The position numbers and the translations under genes were made by a program. Of a DNA stretch of 64,000 bases, positions 6,102-15,441 are shown piece after piece; the first letter of the stretch is position 1; the number at the start of each line of letters is the position of its first letter. A model generated the notes under the pieces. It saw nothing but the letters and a program-made list of their open reading frames with translations. It was not told the DNA's origin and ran no database searches. This stretch comes from a virus (lineage: Duplodnaviria; Caudoviricetes), in IMG/VR virus record IMGVR_UViG_3300034126_000020, positions 128,001-192,000 of that record; one strand, 5' to 3'.

Positions 6102-6512
6102 TTACTTTTTCTTTCCGCCAGGCGGACCCGCGACACCACCCATCAACTTGTTGACCTCGGTGTCCTCTTTCGTGGAGACCGTGTCACACCGCTTGAGGAC
6201 TGCTTCCGCACGATCACGGGGCATCCTCATGAAGGTGTCAAGTGACATGCCGGTGTATTTGAGTACGTTGGCAACCAAGTATCGCTCAAGGTACACATCA
6301 AACGGATCAACCAGTGCCAGGTCTTCGGACTCGTGCATCGCAATCGAGGCGTACGGACTCATGCCTTGAGAGCTTTGTGCGTGGACCCCGAAGTAGTCGT
6401 CGTAACACTCGGTGATGATGATCTGGGCTGGAATGCTGTCAAGAGTCCCTTCGAACTTTGACAGCACTTCGTCAAGGGCAGTGATGCTGTCCTTGTCCTC
6501 CAGCTTGTCCAT
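6102..6512 (-). CDS. T4 gp51-like C-terminal module; probable -1 frameshift extension of 6554..8152
   Basis: GMSLDTFMRMPRDRAEAVLK resembles the gp51 C-terminus; no clear RBS; frame open back to the slippery site. Confidence 0.65.
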   Translation of the reverse strand: MDKLEDKDSITALDEVLSKFEGTLDSIPAQIIITECYDDYFGVHAQSSQGMSPYASIAMHESEDLALVDPFDVYLERYLVANVLKYTGMSLDTFMRMPRDRAEAVLKRCDTVSTKEDTEVNKLMGGVAGPPGGKKK

Positions 6513-6553
6513 CCCGAACCGACGATCACCAGCATGGTAGCCTAACGGAAGGG

Positions 6554-8152
6554 TTAGACTGCCGCGCCTTCTACTTGGCTGATCTTCAGTGCGGCTAGGG
6601 TGAAAAAAACGTAACCGATGTCGATTGGGATCAAGTACGGATGCGTTTGGTCTTCAGGCTCCTTCTGGCACGCCGGGCACTTGACTTTCGGCAGGCCGAT
6701 GTAGGAGACCGTGGACTTCTTGATCCATTCGATGATTTCGTTGGTGAAGCGATCACCGACTTCTGGGTCTTCGGACAACATCTCGAGGATACGGTCTTTG
6801 TTCACCAGGTCATCGTAGATCACCGGCGCCGAGTCAGCGTCCAAGGCGTGCTCGAAGTGAGCCACCCAATGACTGTACTGACGCAGGTTCGTCAACGCAC
6901 CACTGCGCATGATGTGTCGAACGCGGTCCATCTCAGACAGACGCGCACCGAACGCATCGTTGGTCGCTTTGGAGATACCGTCAACCCACACGTGACCGGA
7001 ATCGATCTGTGCAGCCAGCGAAGGCACCTTCAATACCGCAGTCAGGTTGTTACCCAGTGCGATACGCTTTTCAGTGAAGGTGAACTCGGCTTGGTATTCA
7101 GCCAGCCACTTCGCATCACGCTTGGCGCTACGCGAGGCCATCTTCAGCGCTTGGCCCGGGGTGAACTTGGAACGGTCAACAAAGCCCATACGAGCAAAGT
7201 TGATCAGCACTTCGTCGACGTGCTTGCACTTGTCCGGATCGGCAACGCACGGCTGACGCAGCGGGTAACCGTCTGGGTACATTGCACAGGCCAGACCCCA
7301 CAGCACTTGCTGGTAGTCACGGCTACGGATCACGTCCATCAGCTCATCAACAGTCTCGCCAGTTTCAAAGGCGTAGTTGACGGAGACGACGTGCTCCAGA
7401 GCGAAGCGCATGTAGGTTTCAACAGTGTAGACTTCCACTGCCGAGAACACCATGCCGTTCGAGGAGCGACCGAGGTTCATCTTCTCCATGCGGGTCTTCT
7501 GTTCGAAGTCCAGCAGAGCCTGGATGGTCGGGGCACGGAAGGTGAGCCACAGACCGGTGTTCCACAATGGCACTTGCACCATCGAGCCTTGGCCAAAGGT
7601 CGCACGGATTGCCATGATCGGGTCTTTCATGTTGGCAGGTTTGACCTTACCAGCACCCAGAGCCGTTTCATTGTGCATCAACGTGTTGTGCCAGTTGCCT
7701 TCTTTGTCGATGCCGTCGAAGTACATGTCTTGCCATACGGCGGACAGACTGCGGGACAGGTTGACCAGACGGCGGTCTTCAGGCGAGAGGGTCTTGGCCT
7801 TCTCGTCAGTGAGATCGTTCAGACCACGGTGATCCATGATCATGCCCATCTCTTCCATGCCGACCTTCAGCGCAACGAGGCCTGGGCGACCTGGATCGAG
7901 GTCTTGACGTTTGAACATGGGTGACGCCATGGTGACGTGCGGGTTCGGACTGTCGAACTCTGCCCACAGTCCTTCGATTTCCATGCTGACTTCGGGTACT
8001 TGTTCTTCTGGAGCTTTAGCAGTGGCCGCTGCTGTGGTGGCTTGGGCGAATGCTTCAGCGCTGGTAGCGCCGTCTACGTTCGGTACCAAGTTGGACGTGT
8101 CCAATTCCACCTCGTCCATTCCTTCATTCTGGGGTTTCTGGTCGTCGCTCAT
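6554..8152 (-). CDS. Conserved Chimalliviridae protein (phiKZ gp77-like); T4 gp26-like tail/baseplate-hub assembly chaperone
   Basis: 532 aa; C-terminal VKCPACQK...YVFF resembles T4 gp26 IKCPECGK...EFF. Confidence 0.65.
   Translation of the reverse strand: MSDDQKPQNEGMDEVELDTSNLVPNVDGATSAEAFAQATTAAATAKAPEEQVPEVSMEIEGLWAEFDSPNPHVTMASPMFKRQDLDPGRPGLVALKVGMEEMGMIMDHRGLNDLTDEKAKTLSPEDRRLVNLSRSLSAVWQDMYFDGIDKEGNWHNTLMHNETALGAGKVKPANMKDPIMAIRATFGQGSMVQVPLWNTGLWLTFRAPTIQALLDFEQKTRMEKMNLGRSSNGMVFSAVEVYTVETYMRFALEHVVSVNYAFETGETVDELMDVIRSRDYQQVLWGLACAMYPDGYPLRQPCVADPDKCKHVDEVLINFARMGFVDRSKFTPGQALKMASRSAKRDAKWLAEYQAEFTFTEKRIALGNNLTAVLKVPSLAAQIDSGHVWVDGISKATNDAFGARLSEMDRVRHIMRSGALTNLRQYSHWVAHFEHALDADSAPVIYDDLVNKDRILEMLSEDPEVGDRFTNEIIEWIKKSTVSYIGLPKVKCPACQKEPEDQTHPYLIPIDIGYVFFTLAALKISQVEGAAV
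6602..6608 (-). other. Candidate -1 ribosomal slippery heptamer T_TTT_TTC
   Basis: Codons GTT TTT TTC; the -1 frame runs stop-free into ATG 6512. Confidence 0.7.
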
Positions 8153-8164
8153 GTCTCTGCCTTA

Positions 8165-8608
8165 TCACGCAGTTTTCTTTTCGGAACGAACAAGATCACC
8201 AATCAGGTCCATCAGCTCACCGGAATGGGGAGAGACGGTTGCAGTGGTCTGTTCAATGAAATCATAGTAATCACCACCGGCCTTCAACAGGACAGGGTGA
8301 TTAGGATTATTCAACACAGCTGAGGTGATCTCAGCGCTGTGCTTGGACTTGATCCCGTCGAGACGTTTCTTCATCTCTTCCAGATCACGTTTGATGATGC
8401 GGGTCAGCTCAGCGACGCGCTTGCCGTTTGGAGATTTGCTCCAGTCGTAACGAGCAGCGTCTTGGGTGGTTGTAGCGAAACTGTGCAGAAGTCTCAAGGA
8501 CTGTTGGTGAAGGGACTGCAACCCCTGACTCCGTGTAAGCTTGGACATGATCGTTTGAACCCCAGTAATATGGAAAATGGACTGGCCAATTATTTGTACT
8601 TTACTCAT
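8165..8608 (-). CDS. Conserved hypothetical protein (start may be 8548)
   Basis: 147-aa helical ORF upstream of the chaperone gene. Confidence 0.7.
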   Translation of the reverse strand: MSKVQIIGQSIFHITGVQTIMSKLTRSQGLQSLHQQSLRLLHSFATTTQDAARYDWSKSPNGKRVAELTRIIKRDLEEMKKRLDGIKSKHSAEITSAVLNNPNHPVLLKAGGDYYDFIEQTTATVSPHSGELMDLIGDLVRSEKKTA

Positions 8609-8645
8609 AGTAGGTCGGCTAAACTTTTTTTATTAGGAATACACA

Positions 8646-9482
8646 ATGTTCCAAGAACTCTCTGACATTCTTCTGGACAATGTGCACCCTGCCATCTACA
8701 GTGGAATGGTGTCACTTACCCGGGCGCTGGAAAAGCATCAAGCTGTCCAGTACAAGGAGCGCATCATTCAATTGCGGATGGATGCGAATAACCGTGAACC
8801 ACTCACCTTGACTGACGAAGCGATCTCGATCGTCTACGATCAGGTGCGTGCCCTGACCCAACAGATGAAAATCCAGTTGGAGTTGGACACCTTGAGCATG
8901 GACAAGCTTTCCATGATCCTGGAGTGTCTGACCTTTACGCCAAGCGATAATGATTCAGAGTATCTGGCTGCTTTGGATGCCGGAGAAGACTCTGAAGACA
9001 CCCTGCACGACATCTTGGCCATCTACATGCAGTGCGAACCCATCGAACTGATGGAGTACGTCACGGGTGTAGACGGCGCAGTCATCATTGCCATCCGTGA
9101 AGTCGTGGAACGTAACCTCAGCTACCTCGAGAAGGCAGAAGAGGGTGTCCAAGACGCCGTGGTACTGCTCAACAAGCACCAAGCGTTGGTCGGTGAGAAG
9201 TTGACGGTCGGTATGGAGTCGTTGTCAGCGGGTATGGGTGTAGGTGTCTCGGCTGAAGAGCTGGTGAACCAGTCCCGTGGTCGTTTGGCTGACCTTCCGG
9301 CTGAAGACTTGGCGGATCAATTGATTTCCATCGCCATTATCGCCAAGACCCCACGTGATGCTCTGCAAGATGAAGTCATGTTCTTCGCAGAGAACATCAT
9401 CCAGGACCCGTTCATGGTTCAGAAGGCTTACAAGCGCGTTACCAAGCGTTTGGCTGAGCTGCCCCCGGAGAATACGCCGTGA
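8646..9482 (+). CDS. Conserved hypothetical protein (phiKZ gp79-like by synteny)
   Basis: 278 aa, AGGA RBS, overlaps the start of the vRNAP subunit. Confidence 0.7.
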   Translation: MFQELSDILLDNVHPAIYSGMVSLTRALEKHQAVQYKERIIQLRMDANNREPLTLTDEAISIVYDQVRALTQQMKIQLELDTLSMDKLSMILECLTFTPSDNDSEYLAALDAGEDSEDTLHDILAIYMQCEPIELMEYVTGVDGAVIIAIREVVERNLSYLEKAEEGVQDAVVLLNKHQALVGEKLTVGMESLSAGMGVGVSAEELVNQSRGRLADLPAEDLADQLISIAIIAKTPRDALQDEVMFFAENIIQDPFMVQKAYKRVTKRLAELPPENTP

Positions 9483-10825
9483 AGAAGCTTGACTTTTACA
9501 TTGATGCGTTGCAAGCAGGCGCTTACCGTCGCAAGGACTGGGTCATCAGTGCTTTTTCGGTGGTGCGTGAGCAAGCATCGTTCCATGGACCGGTTCCTGA
9601 GGCCCAAATGGGTAACGGGGACATCAGCGGGACGGAACTGTACTCCATTCGCTACGGTCGTGAGAGCACTGAGGTGTTTGTACCGACCATGGCCGGCAAT
9701 GAGTGGATCTCCATTCAAGATACCGTGGCCATGACACCGTTGTTCTACCCGGCTGACCCGTTGAACGTGACCCCGGCCATGATTCCGAACTGCAAAGCCG
9801 CCGTGGAGTCCACGTTTGGTGATTTGCTGTTCAACTGGATCGCCTTGGTGGAGCCTTTCCATGATCGCATCGACTATCAGGTCGGTCCGGTGAAGATTGG
9901 CAACATCGAACGCATCATTGCCAAGAAGTTGGTGGACGATCCGGAGATCTCAGGCATCGAACCCGGTCCTGACCAGATCCCGGTGAAGATGTACATGCGC
10001 TTTGGTCGTTGTGTAGGGGCTCTGGCAGGCTTTACGCAGATCTTCGTGCCTACGTTGACACCCAAGTCACTCCAGACTGACCCTCAAGTGCGTGTGCGCC
10101 GTGGTGAACTGCTGGAAGAGAACGCTGATCGTCTCCATGACCCTGTTGTCGTGGCTAAGATCCAGAACGAACTCATCGACATGGACAAAGCGTGGCTCAA
10201 AGACGACCCGTCCGAAGGTTTCCTCTTGTCGAACAAGACGTGGGGCACGGCACGTAAGCGGATGTTCCTCATTCACGGTCCAGAAGCAGGCTTCAACGAG
10301 GGCGGTAACGCTGAACTCGTGGTCAACTCGCTGGAAGAAGGCTGGGACACCGACAAACTGGTGGCCATGTTCAACTCCACACGTGCGGGTTCCTTCTATC
10401 GGGGTGCTTTGACAGCCCTCGGCGGGGAAGCGGTGAAGTTCTTCATGCGAGTCTTCCAAAACGTGGCCATCTCGGAAGAGGATTGCGGGTCCCGACTGGG
10501 GATCGAGCGGACCATCGAGAAGGGTCAGGGCGAATACTACGCCGGTCTGTGGGAAATTACCTCCACAGGCATCACGTTGCTCACGGAAGAACGTGCCAAG
10601 AGTCTGGAAGGCAAGACCATCCGCACTCGTTCCCCTCAATTCTGCAAGACAGGCGGTACTGACTTCTGTGCCCGTTGCGTAGGTGATGCTCTGGCAGCTA
10701 TCCCATTCGCTATCGGTGCTGAAAGTACCTCTGTCGCTTCCAAGTTCATGGACATCATGATGGCCTCGGCTCACGCTAAGGAACTGAAGACGGCCAAGTT
10801 GAACGTGTTGGAAGCATTTACCTAA
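9479..10825 (+). CDS. Virion RNA polymerase beta-prime middle subunit (phiKZ gp80-like)
   Basis: EEDCGS...RSPQFCKTGGTDFCARCVG zinc site typical of beta-prime; 448 aa. Confidence 0.88.
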   Translation: MKKLDFYIDALQAGAYRRKDWVISAFSVVREQASFHGPVPEAQMGNGDISGTELYSIRYGRESTEVFVPTMAGNEWISIQDTVAMTPLFYPADPLNVTPAMIPNCKAAVESTFGDLLFNWIALVEPFHDRIDYQVGPVKIGNIERIIAKKLVDDPEISGIEPGPDQIPVKMYMRFGRCVGALAGFTQIFVPTLTPKSLQTDPQVRVRRGELLEENADRLHDPVVVAKIQNELIDMDKAWLKDDPSEGFLLSNKTWGTARKRMFLIHGPEAGFNEGGNAELVVNSLEEGWDTDKLVAMFNSTRAGSFYRGALTALGGEAVKFFMRVFQNVAISEEDCGSRLGIERTIEKGQGEYYAGLWEITSTGITLLTEERAKSLEGKTIRTRSPQFCKTGGTDFCARCVGDALAAIPFAIGAESTSVASKFMDIMMASAHAKELKTAKLNVLEAFT

Positions 10826-10834
10826 GGGTGCCTC

Positions 10835-13711
10835 ATGAGCGACAAATACAACGGCAACTATCCCAAGGCGTGGACAGTTCAGGAAACGGCCACCTACATC
10901 GAATCGGGAACCGAGCCTCCCAAGACCAAGAACGGTCTATGGGTAACCGATGAGGAACGTGAAGAAAGGGAATTGAAAGACTGGTCCCTGGCTGAACTGT
11001 TCGCTCTGGCCAACGGTGAGCTGTATTCGTTCCACACCACTGGCAATGATGAGTTCTATCAGGCTGTTCGTGGTAAGGCGCTCCTTGATGATCGTGATGC
11101 GGTCAAGTGGGGTGAGGAAGATCTCTACAACTGGCTGTTGTTTGAGCGTCCTCCAGAGAAAAGCCCGAACGGTTACTACATCAGTGACCCTGAGCGTTGG
11201 GTCAAGGATGCCAGCAAGTGGAACGACACTGAATTGGCAGACTTGGGTGCGGGTTACTTCGGGGAACCGGAGAAGAGCCAGCTCTACATCCTCGATGAAG
11301 CGTCTGATCGGTTCGCTCTCCCACACGGCATCACGTGGGAAGACTTCTGTCTGTACATCACGACCAAAGCAAAGCCTGCCATGACGAGCAATGAGTTACT
11401 GGTCAATGACCGTAACCGTGCTGGCAAGTTGATCAGTGACTGGTCCGATGAAGAAGTCGAAGCGTGGTTGCTTGACGAGATCGTTGTCGAAGACGAGAAG
11501 AAGACAGCTCTGCTACTGGCCCGTTCCATTCAACTGTTCAATGCTGGACGGTACTGGACGCAGCAGATGGTCAAGGACTACGTCATTCGTGACATCTATC
11601 CTGACGTCGACTACAAGTCGTACACCGACGAACAGCTGACAGTCCTTGCTGAACAAGACAACGACAAAGAAGCTCAACATGAGTTGCTCAGTCGTCATCC
11701 AGCGTTTGATCCACCACCGGAGCCCGAAGATGAACCAGCCCCAGTACCCCCTGTTGCCGAAGAACCGGTCGACGACGGAGGAGCGGAAGAACAAGGACCT
11801 GATCCAGAAGACGGAGGCCCTGTTGACGAGCCTCAAGAACCTGGACCTGAGCCGGATGCACCTAGCGATGACGATAGTGGCCCGGAGGAAACGGAACCGC
11901 CTGCGGTGCTCTGGACGGATCTGGTCCCGGAAGGTACGCCAGTCTATGAAGCGCTTGTCGCTGGGACATCTGATGAGCTGATTGCCAACACCGATCGTCG
12001 TCGTTTGCTCAGTGCTTCCAAGTGGACACTGGACGAACTCATCGGTTGGGCTCGTGGTCTCATCGGCAACAGCATGAACACCACTGACGACACCCTTATC
12101 AACGCCTTGCGCGTCGCTCTTGGGTCGTTCGTCACTAACTGGTCTGACAGTGTGGTAAAAGCCTTTGTCGTCTCTCAGGAGCTTCCTGAGGGCTTTGCGA
12201 CCGGGGTTCTGGTGGAAGACTGCATCCGTGATCGCATGCACCCGGGCGACTGGCGTGATGAGGAAGTCAAGGCATGGGCAGCGGATAAGATCCGTACCAG
12301 TGTCCCTGATGACCGTATCCTCTTAGCGGCTCGGAACCGGTTCAAGATCCCAGACCGGCTGAACGACGAAGAAGCCAAGGAGTACATCGTGACAGGTATC
12401 TTGCCTGATGACACGATTCCTCCGATCGAGGCATGCAAGCCTGTGTCCAAGCGTCAACTGGATGCGTGGTTGAAAGGCGATCTCCCGGCTGACAAGGCCG
12501 ATGAAGAACGTCTGTTCGTGCAGGCTCGCCAAGCGTACGGCATTGACATCCATTGGACCAATGCCCATCTCCTCGCCTACATCCGTAACGGCTCTTTGCC
12601 TCAGCGGTTGGCAGATGGGACTCTGGTGGAAGATCGGATGCGTTGTGCTGACACCTGTGTCAATTGGTCGTGGAAAGAGTTGCGTGCTTTGGCCTCTGGC
12701 CAGATCACGGCTACCTTCGCCATCACCGATGCCATGGAACGTATCCGTCGTTTGATTGACGTGCAGTTCGGCGTAAGCCCTGCTCACTGGTCGGACGAGG
12801 ATGTCCTCAACTACCTGGTCACCAACGACAAGCCTAAGGCATTGGAAAGCGGGGTCTACATCAATGACCCTACCCGTCCAATGAAGCAGGCTATCGAATG
12901 GCGTGACGCTGAACTCAAGGCGTGGTTGCGCGGCGAGATCACCGAAACCGTCAAGGCTCCAGAAGAGGTTCTGTGGGACGAGATCTACATTCGTTTCCGT
13001 GTTCCGTTGTTCTGGTACCGTGAGGATGCCAAATCGTATGTGCTGACCGGCAAGCAAGTCCCTTCGACACCGTCAGGCATTTGGGTACGTGACCGTAACC
13101 GCGATGCCCGTCCGGTGAAACATTGGACACGCCGGGAAATCAAGGCCTGGTGCCGTGGGCAGATCATGCCTTCGATCACTGCCAGTCCTGAGACAATGAT
13201 CAAGCGTGCTGCTGATCTCTTTGGGGTAACCACCCTGCTCGATGCTGATTCGATCAAGAAACGAATCAGTGCCATCACTGAGGAATCCATGACCATGACC
13301 GTTAAATTCGTTGACAACGACCTGAAGTCGTACGAAGAAGGCCGTAAAGCAGCCGGTGACAATGCCGCCGCCGCTGCGCCTTACCAGACGCTGCTGGACC
13401 GTTGCATCAGCCGTGTACTGCGCCTGGAAGGTGAAGACTTCGTGCAGGGTTGGACCGAACTGCTGAACTTCTTCCACAAGAACAGCAACGGCATCATGTC
13501 CGCCAAGAAGATCTACACCGGCGTTGGCCAGATGTCGATCACCCCTAAAGGCCTGCGTCTGTTCAACAACATGACGTCGGTCCTGATGCAGACTGCTGAC
13601 CCGGCGACCCGTGATCGTCAAGTCAAAGTCATCGAGTGGAATGCTTCCCTGAAGGAAGTGACCAACGAGAAGACAAGACAGAGCATTCTCGCGTATTACG
13701 GGTTGAGCTAA
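10835..13711 (+). CDS. Large Trp-repeat protein (~9-10 units of ~75-80 aa) with a P/E/D-rich linker
   Basis: Alternating W..xELxAWxxG and W...xxYxxxxP...GxxVxDxxR motifs. Confidence 0.8.
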   Translation: MSDKYNGNYPKAWTVQETATYIESGTEPPKTKNGLWVTDEEREERELKDWSLAELFALANGELYSFHTTGNDEFYQAVRGKALLDDRDAVKWGEEDLYNWLLFERPPEKSPNGYYISDPERWVKDASKWNDTELADLGAGYFGEPEKSQLYILDEASDRFALPHGITWEDFCLYITTKAKPAMTSNELLVNDRNRAGKLISDWSDEEVEAWLLDEIVVEDEKKTALLLARSIQLFNAGRYWTQQMVKDYVIRDIYPDVDYKSYTDEQLTVLAEQDNDKEAQHELLSRHPAFDPPPEPEDEPAPVPPVAEEPVDDGGAEEQGPDPEDGGPVDEPQEPGPEPDAPSDDDSGPEETEPPAVLWTDLVPEGTPVYEALVAGTSDELIANTDRRRLLSASKWTLDELIGWARGLIGNSMNTTDDTLINALRVALGSFVTNWSDSVVKAFVVSQELPEGFATGVLVEDCIRDRMHPGDWRDEEVKAWAADKIRTSVPDDRILLAARNRFKIPDRLNDEEAKEYIVTGILPDDTIPPIEACKPVSKRQLDAWLKGDLPADKADEERLFVQARQAYGIDIHWTNAHLLAYIRNGSLPQRLADGTLVEDRMRCADTCVNWSWKELRALASGQITATFAITDAMERIRRLIDVQFGVSPAHWSDEDVLNYLVTNDKPKALESGVYINDPTRPMKQAIEWRDAELKAWLRGEITETVKAPEEVLWDEIYIRFRVPLFWYREDAKSYVLTGKQVPSTPSGIWVRDRNRDARPVKHWTRREIKAWCRGQIMPSITASPETMIKRAADLFGVTTLLDADSIKKRISAITEESMTMTVKFVDNDLKSYEEGRKAAGDNAAAAAPYQTLLDRCISRVLRLEGEDFVQGWTELLNFFHKNSNGIMSAKKIYTGVGQMSITPKGLRLFNNMTSVLMQTADPATRDRQVKVIEWNASLKEVTNEKTRQSILAYYGLS

Positions 13712-13740
13712 GCTCTAGCCCGAACAAAGAAAAAAGAAAG

Positions 13741-13768
13741 GAGACAGGAGCCCTAGGGCTCCTGTCTC
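13741..13768. terminator. Terminator between convergent genes
   Basis: gagacaggagcc-ctag-ggctcctgtctc with an A-tract on the left. Confidence 0.8.
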
Positions 13769-13775
13769 TATTCCG

Positions 13776-14405
13776 TTAGACAAAGTTCCAGTCAGGATCA
13801 TCAGAGTTAAGCTTATTGCGGATAGTGGTGCGACCCATCTTCAATTCACTCGCGGCGATCTGGATACTGGGGTATGTAGTCCCATTAATCACGATCTCCT
13901 TCTGTCGAGCCTCACCTATACGGCGCTTGTGTTCATCAGAGTGAGGTCTGCCCTTACCGATCTCGGAGAGTTTACGACAAGTCTCTTCAGACGGTGGAGC
14001 GCGGTGTATTGCAGCTACACGCATCCGTTGAAGTGTCTCTTCGCTGTATACTCTCCCGAGATTAGCTTGACGACACTTCTCTCGACTCTCTTCAGGCATC
14101 CCATGAGACCATGCAGCAATCGATCCCGTACCAAGGTTGGCACAGTCCGGGTCACCATGATGGAAGTTAATGAGGCTCTGTTCAAGCCGCTTTGAATGAT
14201 CTTCCGATGTTGCAGCGATGTACTCCACCTCAACATTGTCCCAGCTCGTAAAGCCGCGTTGTAGGTTTTCATTCGGATGGTTCCCGAGATTAAAACGACT
14301 ACGATGATCTCGTAGTCGCTTATCGAGATTATTGGTGCTTCCGACGTAGAACGTGCCGGACTGGGTGTCTGTGATTTTATACGCTGCAACGATCGGCTTT
14401 GTCAT
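13776..14405 (-). CDS. Free-standing GIY-YIG homing endonuclease with NUMOD3 repeats and a C-terminal NUMOD1/HTH
   Basis: AAYKI...FYVGST..LDKRLRDH; SEET.xKMS-type repeats; INGTTYPSIQIAASEL. Confidence 0.9.
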   Translation of the reverse strand: MTKPIVAAYKITDTQSGTFYVGSTNNLDKRLRDHRSRFNLGNHPNENLQRGFTSWDNVEVEYIAATSEDHSKRLEQSLINFHHGDPDCANLGTGSIAAWSHGMPEESREKCRQANLGRVYSEETLQRMRVAAIHRAPPSEETCRKLSEIGKGRPHSDEHKRRIGEARQKEIVINGTTYPSIQIAASELKMGRTTIRNKLNSDDPDWNFV

Positions 14406-14740
14406 GCCGAGATTTCGATGATCGATTGCCACTTGTTCAGTTGTTCGTGTTGATAGCTGAACAGCAACGTGAAGTTCAGGAAGTCATCCCCCATCTCTTC
14501 GTTGTGACGATGACACACCGTCATCACTTCGTAGAGTTTCGTTTTCTGTTCCTCTACTTCGGGCCATCCCAACTTGCTATCGCGAGGAAGGACAGACAGA
14601 TACTGTCCTCCATTCGGTGAACAGGTATGGACACCCGTATGTTGCAAGCCAAGCTCTTCACACTTGGCCAGTACCTTTGCCATCCCCTGCTTGTCGGAGA
14701 TAGCGTACACATGCAACGTCCTGAATCCGTACTCACTCAT
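14402..14740 (-). CDS. Hypothetical protein
   Basis: 112 aa; stop overlaps the endonuclease start (ATGA). Confidence 0.65.
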   Translation of the reverse strand: MSEYGFRTLHVYAISDKQGMAKVLAKCEELGLQHTGVHTCSPNGGQYLSVLPRDSKLGWPEVEEQKTKLYEVMTVCHRHNEEMGDDFLNFTLLFSYQHEQLNKWQSIIEISA

Positions 14741-14751
14741 TACCTTCTCCC

Positions 14752-15348
14752 TTACAACAATGCGATTTCATCACGCTGCTTTTGCAGCTCTTCACCAAAG
14801 CACGTCAGATACATTTCAGGATAGCGTGCATAACCGCCAACCCCAAACTTCTCTTTCAGATGCTTGACCGATTCTTCGTACCGCTGCCCTTCCGATTGTT
14901 CCGGATGATGAGCCACTCGATACAGAATCGCTCGCTCCAACATATCCGAGACATTCCCCGGCAACATCCGATCCGCAGCATTGATCAGCTCACAGAACTG
15001 ACTATGGAACGAACCCTTAAACGATGCCCGATGCTGATGACATCCCCACGCGACCATCTTCGTTTCCAATGGATCAAGATTATCGAGGATCGCTGGATGA
15101 TCTGTACTCATCATCCAATGGAAACTCAACTCATGATGATTCACGCGACTCCACGCAAACATATCGTGAAAGTACGCAGCAAATAGAATCAGTTTCGGAT
15201 CATACCCAAAGTCCATCCGATTACTGATCGCAGTACCACATTGAAATACCGCTTCAAAGTGATTCTCCCGATGCGCTTTATCATTCAGTTCCCACACATG
15301 CGAGAACCCTTTAATAATCTCTTGACGCCATTCTGGAATATTCTTCAC
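14752..15348 (-). CDS. HD-domain phosphohydrolase
   Basis: H...AAYFHD...HH...H...AADR signature. Confidence 0.85.
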   Translation of the reverse strand: MKNIPEWRQEIIKGFSHVWELNDKAHRENHFEAVFQCGTAISNRMDFGYDPKLILFAAYFHDMFAWSRVNHHELSFHWMMSTDHPAILDNLDPLETKMVAWGCHQHRASFKGSFHSQFCELINAADRMLPGNVSDMLERAILYRVAHHPEQSEGQRYEESVKHLKEKFGVGGYARYPEMYLTCFGEELQKQRDEIALL

Positions 15349-15380
15349 TGCTCACTCCTTAGTGATGGTTATCTCACCTT

Positions 15381-15391
15381 TACAATGTAGG
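15381..15391 (-). promoter_or_regulatory. Degenerate early-promoter motif
   Basis: CCTACATTGTA shares the TACATT core; 33 nt upstream of the HD gene. Confidence 0.4.
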
Positions 15392-15420
15392 GTTACAGAT
15401 TCTTGGAATCAAAAAAGAAA

Positions 15421-15436
15421 GAGGGCCGAAGCCCTC
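15421..15436 (-). terminator. Intrinsic terminator
   Basis: gagggc-cgaa-gccctc with A- and T-tracts on either side. Confidence 0.75.
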
Positions 15437-15441
15437 TCCTT

